Part shown: positions 19,648-32,534 of the stretch, piece by piece | How the letters are laid out: every line of letters begins with the position of its first letter | How positions within the stretch are numbered: the first letter of the stretch is position 1 | Assembly: GCF_009914755.1 (NCBI RefSeq) | Contig: NC_060928.1 | Origin: the human T2T-CHM13v2.0 reference genome, Homo sapiens | Length of the DNA: 64,000 nucleotides | Strand: one strand, 5' to 3' | Position numbers and translations under genes: made by a program | The notes under the pieces: model-generated | Seen by the model: only the letters and a program-made list of their open reading frames with translations | Databases searched by the model: none | What the model was told of the DNA's origin: nothing

Positions 19648-20030
19648 CGTATTAGTCTGTTTTCACACAGCTGTAAAGAACTACCTGAGACTGGGTAATT
19701 TATAGAGAGAAGAGATTTAATTGACTCATAGTTCCACAGGCTGGAGGGGAGGCATGGCTTGGGAGGGAGGTCTCAGGAAACTTACGGTCATGGCAGAAGG
19801 CAAAGGGGAAACAGGCACATCTTCTCATGGCTAACAGGAGAGGGAGAAGGCAAAAGCAGAAGTGCCACATACTTTTAGAAAACCAGACCTCAGGAGAACT
19901 CAATCACAAGAACAGCAAGGGGGAAATCCAACCCTATGATTCAATCACTTCCTACCAAGTTCCTCCCTCAACATTGGCAATTACAATTCAACATGAAATT
20001 TGGGTGGGGACACAGAGCCAAACCATATCA
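19648..20030 (-). mobile_element. MaLR solo LTR (MSTA-like)
   Basis: GTATTAGTCTGTTTTCAC ... CTGAGACTGGGTAATTTATA ... GGGACACAGAGCCAAACCATATCA. Confidence 0.9.
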
Positions 20031-20653
20031 TTAACTGTTGGACAGGAATTCACATGAAGAATTTTGGAGAGAGGTAAATTGTAACAGAGCAGGCTTTGCA
20101 GGCATCTCTGGCAGGGGAGAGGGACCGGAGGCTTCATTATTTCCATATTTGTGACAGGCAAGAGTCATATACTTTATAAATCTTTTGTACTTTTTAGTGT
20201 GATTATCTAGTGTAGCTCGTTATGTAATAGTGCATTTAGGGAAAGGTTTTTTGAGTATCAGATAAAGATTGATAACTCAGAGGGCAGAGGAACATAGAGA
20301 TCATCTCTAAGTGAGAAGAGAGGTCACTTTTTGGGGGTGGGAAACGTGGAGGAAGTATCTTCTCAGAAGGAATTATCAGCATAGTTAAGAATCTCAGATA
20401 GAATATTGGGCCCTGAAACCAGACCAGGCATCTCCTTATCCTCCTATTCAGCAGCAGAAAGTGGTCTAGGCAGGTTCTTTAATCTCCTGGCCATGCACCA
20501 GCAGGGATTGAGTGGATGCTCTTCCAGGACAGGAAGGTCGCAGCAGAGATAAAACCTGATGAAATGCTCTATGTCTCCCTCCCAATTCTGATATGTCCCA
20601 CCCTCACCCCACACAGCCTATTCAAATTTGGGGGATGAAGCAAAAAGCAGTTA

Positions 20654-20991
20654 TGTTATGGTTTGAATGTGTCCCCAAAAAGTGTGTGTTAGAAACTTAA
20701 TCCCCAATACAATGTGTTGGGATGTGGGGCCTAATGGGAGGTGTTTAGGTTACAATCCCTCATGAATGGATTAATGCTGATTATAAAAGGGCTTGAGGCT
20801 GCAAGCTCACTCTCTCACTCTCTCTTGCCTTTTTTTATCTTTCCACCATGGGGTGATGTGAGAAGAAGGCCCTGATCAGATGCCAGCCCCTCAGTATTGA
20901 GCTTCTCAGCCTCCAGAATCTTGAGCCAATACATTCCTGTTTATTTTAAATTACCCAGTTCTGTTATAGCAGCACAAAACGAATGGACACA
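20654..20991 (+). mobile_element. MaLR solo LTR (MSTD/MSTB-like)
   Basis: TGTTATGGTTTGAATGTGTCCCC ... TTCTCAGCCTCCAGAA ... TGTTATAGCAGCACAAAACG. Confidence 0.88.
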
Positions 20992-20999
20992 AGTCCATT

Positions 21000-21955
21000 T
21001 AGAGAAATGGACTCAGAGAAAATATATAGCATTAAATAAATGCACACATTAGAAAAAAAAGATCTAAAATCAATGATCTAAGCTTCTAATTTAGGACCAT
21101 TAGAGAGAGAAAGCAAAGTAAATCTAAAGCAATCAGAATAAATAAATAAAATTTAGAGCAGAAACCAATGAAATTGGAAACAGGAAAACATTGGAGGAAA
21201 TCAATGAAAACAAAAACTGGTTCTTTGAAAAGTTCAGTAAAAGTGACAAAACTCTAGCCTGGCTAACTCAGAAAAAAAGAGAAAAAACAATCTAAATTAC
21301 CAAGATTGGAAATAAAAAAGGGATTATCACTGCTGATCCCATGGATATTAAAATGGTAACAAGATAGTACTATGAACAACTCTTCATCCACAAATTGAGT
21401 AACTTAGATGAAATTACCAGTTCTTTGAAAGACACAAACTACCAAAATTCACTTAAGGAGAAAGAGATAACCAGCACAGATATATATATATTAAAATTTG
21501 TAAATTAAAAAATTTTTAAATGTTTCCAAAAAAGCACTTGTCCCATATAGTTTCACTGGTGAATTCTACCAAACATTTTAGTAAACAATATTGCCAATCC
21601 TCCACAATCCCTTTCAGAAAATATAAGTAGAGTGAATACTTCTCAACTCTTTTACAAGGCCCGTGTACTCTAATATGAAAAGCAGATAAACACATTATAA
21701 GGAAAATAGCACAGTAATATCTGTAATGGACATATATGTAAAACTTCTTAACAAAATACTAGAAAATCTAATTTGGCAATATATAAACTGGAAAATACAA
21801 CATGATCAACTTGGGTTTATTCTAGGAATGAAACGCTAGTTCAACATTCAAAAATCAATTAATGTAATTCACCCTATTAAAAGACTAAATAAGAAAATCA
21901 ATATGATTATATAAATAGACCCAGAAAAAATATTTGACAAAGTATCTAATTGTAT
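21000..21955 (+). mobile_element. Old L1M ORF2 fragment
   Basis: Homologous to 3350-5280 of this window (CTGGTTCTTTGAAAAG, TTCACTGGTGAATTCTACCAAACATTT, AAATCAATTAATGTAATTC). Confidence 0.85.
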
Positions 21956-21959
21956 TACA

Positions 21960-22335
21960 AATGAATGAAATAACCTCACTACATATTGTAGAGAGAAAAT
22001 ACGCTGTCCTACGTAATTTTGGAAATGAGTGGAGACTAAGGCAAAAGGAAATGTATATGGACACCATATCGCAGTTGGTTGTTGTTTTATACATGCAGAT
22101 AAACAATTCTGAAACCACTATGGATATATACTAGAATTAAATAAGTACAAGAAAGAAAAATAGTAGGAGTTAGCCTTCTTATTATTGGGATGGTTGGTAG
22201 GTTACAGAGAGGCAAAGTTGCGGAGGGCGGGGGGAACTGGACTAAAGTTGCCACTGAACTAGAGTCCTGTGTGCTGCTGAACTAGAGTTGGACACATCAG
22301 TATAATTTTATGTTTAGCTTAATCTAGTTAAAGAC
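21960..22335 (+). mobile_element. L1MD-type 3'UTR fragment
   Basis: TAACCTCACT..TTTGGAAATGAGTGGAG..AACAATTCTGAAACCACTAT..TAGAGTTGGACACATCAGTAT..ATGTTTAGCTTAAT. Confidence 0.65.
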
Positions 22336-22337
22336 AT

Positions 22338-22420
22338 ACTTCCCATTAGGCCCCACCTCCAACACTGGGAATCAAATTTCAGCATGAGATTTGGAGGGGA
22401 CAAATATCCAGACTATATCA
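22338..22420 (-). mobile_element. MST-type LTR 5'-end fragment
   Basis: AGGCCCCACCTCCAACACTGGGGA..CATGAGATTTGGAGGGGACAAATATCCAGACTATATCA. Confidence 0.85.
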
Positions 22421-22559
22421 GAGGGTTGTAATGAATTTAATTTAGTCTATCAGTCTCTTTTTTAGCATTTCTTTGAAAAATATGTTCCACACAAGGAAAG
22501 CACTGACTCTAAGCTGTGATTCACAATAAACTCAAAGTAGGCCTCACCAAAATTAGAAA

Positions 22560-23455
22560 ATAGAATTCAGTAATATGTATAAATCCTTGTACATCACAGC
22601 CAATTGGGGCTTATTCTAGGGATGTAAATATGCTGTATTAGAAAATTATCAATTTATGTAACTCACCACGTTGACAGAATAAGAAAAATGTTGAGAAATT
22701 AAAAATCCTTTAATAATACTTTTAGTGTACTAGAAACAGAAAGGACTGCTTTAAACTGATAAACTCTATCCATAAAAATATACATAGTAAGCAACATTCT
22801 TAATGCTGACTTATTGAAAGATTTCTGTCCAAAATTGAAGCGAATCTTATATCAAATATTGAATTGCATCTAATATTGCTTCTGATGCAATAAGGCAAGG
22901 CAATAAGGCAAGAAGAAATAAGTAGAAGTTATATAGTACAAAAGAAATAGTTCCCTATTCAAAAAGAGCAGAGGAATGTAGAGGAGGTGCTGAATATTCA
23001 AACATCTCTTTATTTTTATAAACCAGTAGTAACTGAAAAATAAAACCAAAATCAAAGATTCTCTCAACAACAGCATCAAAAACATTTAAGTACTTAGTAG
23101 TAAATTTAACCAAAGTTGAATGCACAGGCATTTTTATGAAATATATCTGAAAGAAATAAAACAGGATATATGGAGAACTATCTTATATTCTTTATTTTGA
23201 AGGCTCAGCTATTCATTTCTACACAAATCTGATCTAAGATTTAGTACGATTCTATTCACAATCTTGACTGATACTTTAATTGTAGAAATTGACAAGTTGA
23301 TTGTAAAATGTATTTGTCAAAAAACAAGGAAAAGCTAAGACAATCTTGAAGAACAGAGTTGGAGGCTTAACACTGCCACATATTAAGATTTAAACAAAGG
23401 TATAATACTAAGTAGAATGTACATAGAAGTAGAACTGAATAGAGAATCTATAAAC
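22560..23455 (+). mobile_element. Highly decayed L1M ORF2 fragment
   Basis: GGGCTTATTCTAGGGATG, ACAACAGCATCAAAAAC, GTAGAAATTGACAAGTTGATT, CAATCTTGAAGAACAGAGTTGGAGG occur in ORF2 order. Confidence 0.65.
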
Positions 23456-23814
23456 AAGTGTATTTATATATATATTTATCTCCCTATTGTGTTTGGTATA
23501 CATTTTTATGTATTTTATAACATAAAAGAGTGTTTGTATAATGTGTTCAATGATTAACTGTTAAAACAGTGGATAGTTAGTAAGGTCCCAAATATTTCAT
23601 GAAACTTTCACTGACCACTCTATTCTTTTCTTCATCTACTGAACTTCAGTGATGATTATTTACATCTCTCACTCATGTTTCATTTTTTAGTTTGGGGGGT
23701 CTTGAACAAGAGAGGGTATCTTATGTTTTTTATTGTCTGTGGGGTCTAGGAGATCATCAAGACACTTTAAACTCAGAACAAAGCCCTCTTCCCGGCACCC
23801 TCAGCTTTCCTCTC

Positions 23815-23920
23815 CAAAACCAATCACACCAACAAAACCAAATCAAGCCAAGCCAAATCCAACTACATCAAATCAAATGATGTGCAAATGAAATATAACT
23901 AAACTCCAACATAACAAATC
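23815..23920. repeat. Degenerate pentamer-like (CAAAT/CCAAA) low-complexity tract
   Basis: CAATCACACCAACAAAACCAAATCAAGCCAAGCCAAATCCAACTACATCAAATCAAAT. Confidence 0.5.
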
Positions 23921-26220
23921 GCGTTGTCCTGAGTTCCTTGTACATATTTTATAAACTGTTAATTTATGTTATTTCTATTCCCATATCTCTGAAAGTATCA
24001 ACTCTCAATACCAATCAGAAAACTTGCTTTGGGAATGATTTTCTGTATATATAGAAATAAACTACGGTATTCATCTAGAGAAACTCATTGAAGGCTACTT
24101 AGGGGAGACCCAGGGACTTGATGAAGTGTCTAATTAGAGCCTTCTAAAGGTGAACTCTAAACATATATGTCAAATAGGGTTAGCAATTTAACAGTATTGA
24201 AAAGTTCTGAAGGAACTGTTACTCCAGCAAAATTTCTGAGATATTTTTAGAATACTAAACATATAGCCCCAATCCTCTGTGGGTTTTTTTTTTTTTAAGT
24301 AGAAATAAAAAAGGTGGAATCGATGGATTAGGTAAAAGTTGAAACCAAATATTTAGGACATCTCAACAAGCACCAAATCAATTATATTACTTTTTCTGCT
24401 CTTCACTTAAAAACCATCTGGGGCTGTCATGTAGACTTGGCCTTTTTTTAAGTACTGTCAAGAAGTAAGTGTCTAGATTGTCAAGAACACATGCCTCACA
24501 CCACCGTACAACATTTGTGTAAGGAATGCAACTTATACAACAATGGGTAAAATTATATGGTGTTCAGGAAGTCTGTAAGTATGAATAGCTACAGTATAAT
24601 GTAAATGTTTATAAAGCATGGTCAGCAGTTAGAGATTTCGCACCTTCTATCAAACACCTGATTTATTTTGTTATTTTTCTTAAAATTTTTTATATTACAT
24701 TTTCAATATCAGAGTATTTTCAGACTTTAAAATATATTTTGGTCATTTCAGATTTCAAAAATTTTACCTATGTCTCTGGATGCTTCTCTTTTCGTTCTTT
24801 ATAGATCTTTAGAGGGGCAAAATCATTAAGGAGTTGTATTATTTCACCGTCACATAAGAAGTATGGAGGGTTATGGAGGGAATCCACAATGTCTTTAGAT
24901 TATAGAAATGGTATTTTGGGCATTAGTAGTAAAAGTAATTAAATTGCATTTCAGTTTGTTCATGGATTTTCAGTACTCTCAGAATTTCATTCATCTGACT
25001 AGTCACTATAAATGGCTTTACTAAGTTTACAAACTGTAGCACCTGGTCTCACAGAACTTACCAGCTAACCTGATGCAATACATGAATAAATATCTGTGCA
25101 TTATAATTTTAAGGGAATGCCTATGAAATAAAAATGATTTATCATTCTCTAGGGGAAAAAAGCCCAGGACTTTAATTTCGTGGATTCTTTTTCTATCATA
25201 CATTGTTCAAATATGAACTCGAATGTTTGTGCTTACCCATAAGATATCTGTAATCACTTAAGAATGTTCATTTAATCTTTCTGATGTTAATTCTGTATCA
25301 CCTTTTGTTCTCTAGCACATAGTTCCTCTATGGTAATATTTTTCAAAATTCTCAGTGGTTTGTTTTGCTGGCATTACATTTTTGAGGCCTAATAATTTTC
25401 CTGACTCATTCTGAACACTTTGAGGTACTGAACAGGGGAATTTCTTTTGTGTTAAGGTGATAATATCTCCAAGGAGTTGAGTATAAATGGCTGATGATGC
25501 CATTACTTATGCGTTAATATCATTTTATTTTATTGACATCTTCCATGCATCCTTACAAAACCTAATATATTACGTTGGAGAGGAGGACAGTTGTAAGAGA
25601 GTATCTTTGACTTAGCTATTCACACATACTTGGCATTATTACTTGGGATAATGTAGACCTATGCTAGTGAGCATTTACCAGTCACCAACATACTCTGCAG
25701 ATGGTAAGGTTTGGGGAGTTGGAGCCACTGACTTCCAAGTACCACTGCAATTCTGATGTGCCGTATTCCATAGTTGCTATTTAAAAAATTAGGAAGCTTA
25801 AGAGCACAAATAAGTGAACAGATAGGTAAAGCTGTAATGACCCCAATTCTGAAAAAGAACTTGCAATGATTTTGAGTTTTTTCACAAATAGACTTGGATG
25901 ACATTTTATTTACCTCTTTACTCATATTCACCCATAGAAAATGCCTTAAGTAACTGCTTCGTATTTTCCCTTTGGTGATTTTTTTTAAGAAACTATGGAG
26001 AAGAACTGGTATGAAACTAGAGTTCTTCCCTTTTCTATGGAGAATCACATATTCAGTGATTATGATGCTCCAAACTCAGATTAACAAATGTAATCTTGGA
26101 CTCATGAGAGATGTTGCTGTCAGAGCCAGCTCGCTTCTCTTCTTCTTCTTATCATAAATGCTTGTTCAAAATTTGTTAGTTTGGAATCAGTTTTTTTAAT
26201 TCCATTAAAATAGCCAGTGA

Positions 26221-26306
26221 TCTCTTTCCCTCCCTCCCTCCCTCCCTCTTTTCCTTCCTTCTTTCCTTCCTTCCTTCCTTCTTCCTTCCTTCCTTCTTCC
26301 TTTTTT
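26221..26306. repeat. (CCCT)n/(CCTT)n polypyrimidine microsatellite
   Basis: Directly visible; ~85 nt of pure pyrimidine. Confidence 0.95.
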
Positions 26307-28606
26307 GAAGCTTGACAATATTACTGCTTATGGATCTTTAAGCCATTAAAATGAAGGCAAGGGTACTTAATGGAAATTCTTTTATTAAAAATGTTTGGTT
26401 ATAAGTAAGAGGCAGAACAATGTGTAAGATATATTAAAGGATGATAATAAAATATTAGCAATATTAACCTTAGCATTAAAATAATGGTAGATGGTACACT
26501 TGATACCCTTCAAAAATCCTGCAGGTCTTTTTCACTGTTCAGAGTTTGGGCTCTTCACTCTGGCTAAGAAATGTATAGCACTGCTGCTGAAGATTGGAAA
26601 AAGAGGTTGAGGTCAGAGGTTGACACAGTGAGGGAGTTTGCTCTTTAAGAGGTTATCTGTGGATCTGCAAAGCCAAAGTGTAATTGGGTTTTGTGATGTG
26701 ATTTTAGTGTGTAATTGTATATGATCTTAGTTTCAAAGACAAGCTTGGAAGATTTTTCTAGCTTGTTTGTGATACCAATTTTAGGGATTGTGTGCAATCT
26801 TGGATGGACAATTCAGAATGATCAAAAATAGCCATCAGAAGTGATACAGCAAGTATTTGATTCACTCTAATTATAATTTCAGCACATTGATTCTAATGTG
26901 ATATGTTGTCTTTTTTAGGACATTACATTGGTTCGGAAAATAAAGATATTTATTTTTCATGGCTAGTATCAATATAGCCAGTTTTATGTCATCACTGTGG
27001 CTCTCAGTGTTTCAGAGTTTGAACTTGAGGATTACTGAATTATTATAAAGAAAGAAAAAAAGTTAGAGCGTTGTAATTGGTTGTCTAGGGGGTTTTTGGC
27101 CACAAAATTTGTTAAGTTTCTGATTCCTGAATATTCTTAACAATGGAAAATAAACACTTCCTTATTGTTTTAGTTGTTTAGGGATGCCTTGATTAAGCTG
27201 TCACTGCTGTCAGTTAGGTTCTTATAAGCCTGGTTGGATCTATTTCATGTTAGGAAAAAGCTCAGATAAATCCAGGAAAGCTTAATGTTTATCCAATGTG
27301 AAAATAATTACTCAAAAGTGTTATTCTTAATCCAGATAATTAGAGCGAGGAAGGAAAGATCAGTGTCATTGTGAATTATGTCCCGGCAATTGACTCTTGG
27401 TCCTTGTAAGTTTCAGGTGAAGATGTGAATGGATAAAGGTTAGATTAAACATAATCCAAAGTAGCTGCAACCTTAATCTGTTATGATACAAGGATGATCA
27501 CTTAAAAAGAGCTGGATTGTGGGATTGTTTCTGGTTGGATAAGATGCTGCTCAACTGGGACTAGTCTTAAAACATGCTTAGCACCATGTCACTGCAGCTG
27601 TAAGCACTTGTGCACGACTGCAGCCTGCCACAACTAACAGGCGCTCCTGGGCTCAAGCTGTATATTGGAGTATCATACTTTCACAATCTCTGGGCTTCAT
27701 ATTAACATGCCTTCCAACAGTCTGCATGGAAAAATATTTCCTGCGACCTTTGTGGCATCTCTTCTTGGTTGTAATAAGCATGGATTTGGAACCTGCTAAA
27801 ACTCTGGTACGAAGTATGCAGCCATTTATTAACTTGTACAATTAGAGGACATATGTGTAATTGAGCTTATTTTTTACTCTAATTCAATACAGAAACTGTG
27901 TTTTCAATGATTCTTTAATGTAATACACAATGTTTGTAGAACGAATTATCTGTCAAGTATTTTGAAAATAAAGTTAGGCCTTTCTAAATATTTCTGAGGA
28001 GTTAAAATATTTTTTGAAGTATGATTAATAAATTCCAAAAGGCTTTCAAAAGGCAGAATGCAAAATCTAGCTATCTCTAATTAAAATGAAGAAATATTTA
28101 GAGGTTCATCTATTTATCCCAATAAATATCAGAAATTTAATATCCTTAATTTCTGAGTGGTAAAGTTGGTTTGCTTTGATTATACAAAATAGAACAAAAA
28201 ATACTTTAGCAGTTATTATGTGAAACCTTATTGACTAAATTGAAATGCACAGCTATTTCATGACAACATTTAATGATTTGTTTTAGTCATTATATTATAG
28301 CAATTTATTGCTACTAAATAGTTAAGAAAATACTGCAATGTAAAAGTTAGTGATGCTAATGCTCTGAAACAGATGCTTAGTTTTATTTGAAGTAATCAAA
28401 GTTCTAAAAGGTTAGTTTAAATATTTTAATAATGTGTCTTTTAGTAAGCATCATTCAAATATATCAATATATTTTTAACCTTCATTAAACTCCACATTTA
28501 CTCTATCCAATCCTTGCTGTCATGGATAAATATATAACATCATATGCTATAAATGTAACAGACATGTTTCCAGTTACACTAATGGCTTCCATACGTATTT
28601 GTATAA

Positions 28607-28906
<300 letters not shown>

Positions 28907-28929
28907 CTTGCTCCATATTTTCACAAATT

Positions 28930-29262
28930 ATTTAATGTCATTTGTTTATGTAACTGCTGTGTTACCAAGGGCCTGTGAAACACCAGATAGTGGTATAACG
29001 GCTATGAATACAGCAATGAACAAAGTCCCTGTCCCCGCAAAGCTTATGTTCTTGTGGTTAAAGAGAAAATATAAAATAAAAAAGTAAGTGTACAGCATGC
29101 AAGAGAGTGGCAAAAGCAATGAAGAAAGATGTATGGTTAGGGGTTTAGGAATGGGGCATGATTACTATTTAAAGTGAGAAGATTAGGGAGGGCTTCATCG
29201 AGTAGGCGACCTTTGCACCAAGGCCTGAAGGATGTAAGAGAATGGGTTGTGTGACACTTGGC
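28930..29262 (-). mobile_element. L2 fragment
   Basis: ATACAGCAATGAACAAAGTCCCTGTCC..AGCTTATGTTCT..GGGAGGGCTTCATCGAGTAGGCGACCTTTG..GGCCTGAAGGATG. Confidence 0.75.
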
Positions 29263-29740
29263 TTCTGAATAATTACTCTTTCTCAGTAAACAGAACAATT
29301 TGCTAGGTAAAGTTTTCATTAGATACTGAGAACATAGTTATCATCTCAGGATTTACGGATGAGTTTGGCTGAAGTACTATCTTCTCTATATTTGAAAAAC
29401 GTATTCAAATTCAACAACCTTCGATAAGTCTTCGGTCTAAAATCTTTGTAAACATTTGTGCTCTTGATTTGAGAAGAGCAAGAATGTGTCTTTTTATCTT
29501 CCAAGGAATGAAAGAAAACATATAGCTCTTACTCTTCATGAAGATGCACCTGTATTGTTGTCAGGAAGAGTAGGAGCAAGGAGGAACAATGCCTCCTGGT
29601 GCTTGTTGAATTGTGTGTGAGTGCTGCAGTTCTGAGAAACTGTGTTGTAATTGTGCGTTCTATCACCTATAGAGGTGTGCCTCAAACCAGGTCTTGCCTT
29701 GTGAGTTAGTTGACATAATAGGTGTGAAAGTGTGTGCATA

Positions 29741-30026
<286 letters not shown>

Positions 30027-30690
30027 TCACCCACCTAATGTGGCTATTTTTTTTCCTTAATTTCTAAAATTGTTTCATTGCAAATATCCCAAGAGAAGGT
30101 ACATTTGAAATCTTTCTCATGCATTTATAGTCCAGTGTGAATACATTTACCAGATAATAACTGGAGGAAATAAATTGCTAAGGAGGGAAAGGAAAGGATA
30201 GGAGCACGAAGTTTCTAGGTCCCCAGACAAGGAGAGGAACGTAAGGGATGCAACTGAGAGAATACTTACAGAGAGGGGAGGTTGAAGTTACTAAAAACAC
30301 TTAACTACTTCACGCTCTAGCTAAAGGGCTTCTAGCACAAGCTATAGCCAATGAACTTAGAAAAAGGAGAATAAGGCATAATTAATATAAAGAATAATAA
30401 AGTCAGATGAGAATGCAGAGGTCCAGAAGAGAAGTGACAGATATGGTTTACATTCATACACACAGTGTTAACAGAGCTCAAAGTACTCCCAGCCTAGTAC
30501 CCTTTTATAACAATTACCTCTAAACTGATGCAGGCATTCCAAAACTTGAATAGACAGTGTCAATGAACAACAAGTTTCTATTTTCTCGTAAGGAAGAAAA
30601 AAGTAAGAATAAATAGTTTCAAAATAAAGCTGAACCATAACAGTCCTGAGCCCTAAAATCTGAAGCTTCTGTACTGCTAACAACAAAGCT

Positions 30691-31604
30691 TGTCCCCTTA
30701 GAATGGGGTCTTTCCCTGTTCAGCTCCACAAAGCCAATACACAAAACTGGAAGTGAGGGTCAAGCAGTGAAGGCTTTTTTTCAATGACCATGGAATTGAG
30801 AAATGGGAGCGTGGCTTTCAAATCAATTTATGTGGTCAACAAACATGAAAAAAAGCTCATCATCACTGGTCATTAGAGAAATGCAAATCAAAACCACAGT
30901 GAAATACCATCTCACACTAGTTAGAATGGTGATCATTAAAAAGTCAGGAAACAACAGATGCTGGAGAGGATGTGGAGAAATAGGAACGCTTTTACACGGT
31001 TGGTGGGAGTGTAAATTAATTCAACCATTGTGGAAGACAATGTGGTGATTCCTCAAGGATCTAGAACCAGAAATACCATTTGTCCAAGCAATCCCATTAC
31101 TGGGTATATACCCAAAGGATTATAAATCATTCTAGTATAAAGACACATGCACACGTATGCTTATTGTGGCACTGTTCACAATAGCAAAGACTTGGAACCA
31201 ACCCAAATGCCCTTCAATGATAGACCACATAAAGAAAATGTGGCACACATACACCATGGAATACTATGCAGCCATAAAAAAGGATGAGTTCACGTCCTTT
31301 GCAGGGACACGGATGAAGCTAGAAACCATCATTCTCAGCAAAGTAACACAAGAACAGAAAACCAAACACCACATGTTCTCACTCATAAGTGGGAGTTGAA
31401 CAATGAGAACACATGGACACAGGGAGGGGAACATCACACACCAGGACCTGTTTGGGGGTTGGGGGCTAAGGGAGGGATAGCATTAGGAGAAACACCTAAT
31501 ATAGATGATGGGTTGATGGGTGCAGCAAACCACCATGGCACATGTATACATACATAAGAAACCTGCACATTCTGCATATGTATCCCAGAACTTAAAGTAT
31601 AATA

Positions 31605-31639
<35 letters not shown>

Positions 31640-32193
31640 AGCTAGTTACAGAAGCAAAATACAATGCAGAGGTAATAAGATTTCTAGATGGGTCAAATGT
31701 TTACCTGCCCCCCCAAAAAATTCTTGGCTAGTGAGGGGTAAGAGGGTTAGGATATAGGTTTTCTCTAATGAAGGGGTTGGATATTAAAAGTGAGGGGAGG
31801 AATATTCATTTATCTTCTGGAAATGGACCATGAATTCTCTGGAACCAGAGTGCTGCCTTCTTTTCTGTCCATTCATGGCTTCTTCTCCTCATTGCCATGG
31901 TGATTGTCAACTGTCCCAGTGTGAGTGGGAGTGTCATTTAGCATAGAAATGAGATTATAATGAAGCCTGAGATCTTTTTGATGTCATTTAGTCAGCTATC
32001 TTGGTTCTAACCAGTCTCAGCTGGTCTGGTTACAGAAAGAACTTTTTATCACATGTGTCTTGTTTCTTTTTTTTTTTTTTTTCTTCCTCAGTACTGTCTT
32101 TTTACAAGTGACATGCATCCTGTTTCTTAAAGATAAGCAGAATTAGGGCAGGGTAGAAAGTCAGCTATGTCACAGGAACTACACTGGGTAAAA
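30691..32193 (-). mobile_element. ERV1-class solo LTR (MER67/MER31-like), interrupted by an L1 fragment and a micro-insertion
   Basis: AAGCCAATACACAAAAC..., GGTGATTGTCAACTGTC..GGGAGTGTCATTTAGCAT.., GCTATCTTGGTTCTAACCAG. Family name is from memory. Confidence 0.6.
30826..31640 (+). mobile_element. 5'-truncated L1 (L1PA7/8-like) 3' end with a (TAAA)n tail
   Basis: ORF2 C-terminal peptides 30803-31399 and 3'UTR GGGTTGATGGGTGCAGCAAACCACCATGGCAC. Confidence 0.92.
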
Positions 32194-32534
32194 GTACTAC
32201 AATCAGCTTTGAGTCACCCAAAGCCCACAATCCTCTCAAATTCTTCTATGTATCTATGTATTTCCTTCCTCAACTTGACCTTGCTGAAAGATCTAAGGCT
32301 TTTTGAGACAGAGGAAATTACACAGAGATCCCAAAGCAGGGCCAGCTGAGGAGACAGGGGTGATGGCAAGGTGGAGATGAGTTTCTGGTGTGGGCCGTTC
32401 TTTGGAGGTGGCAGTAGCAAGTTGGGTGGGATGTCTGGGTACTAGAATCACCAGACAGCTCTCATAGCTGTTGAGGGCAGGTGTTGATGGCAAGAGAAGA
32501 TGAGATAACATGGGCAGAAATGACATCAATACTT

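Noticed and set aside
25659-26048. 129-aa minus-strand ORF in unique DNA
   Set aside because: Composition is typical of random AT-rich sequence, with no domain or flanking splice support.
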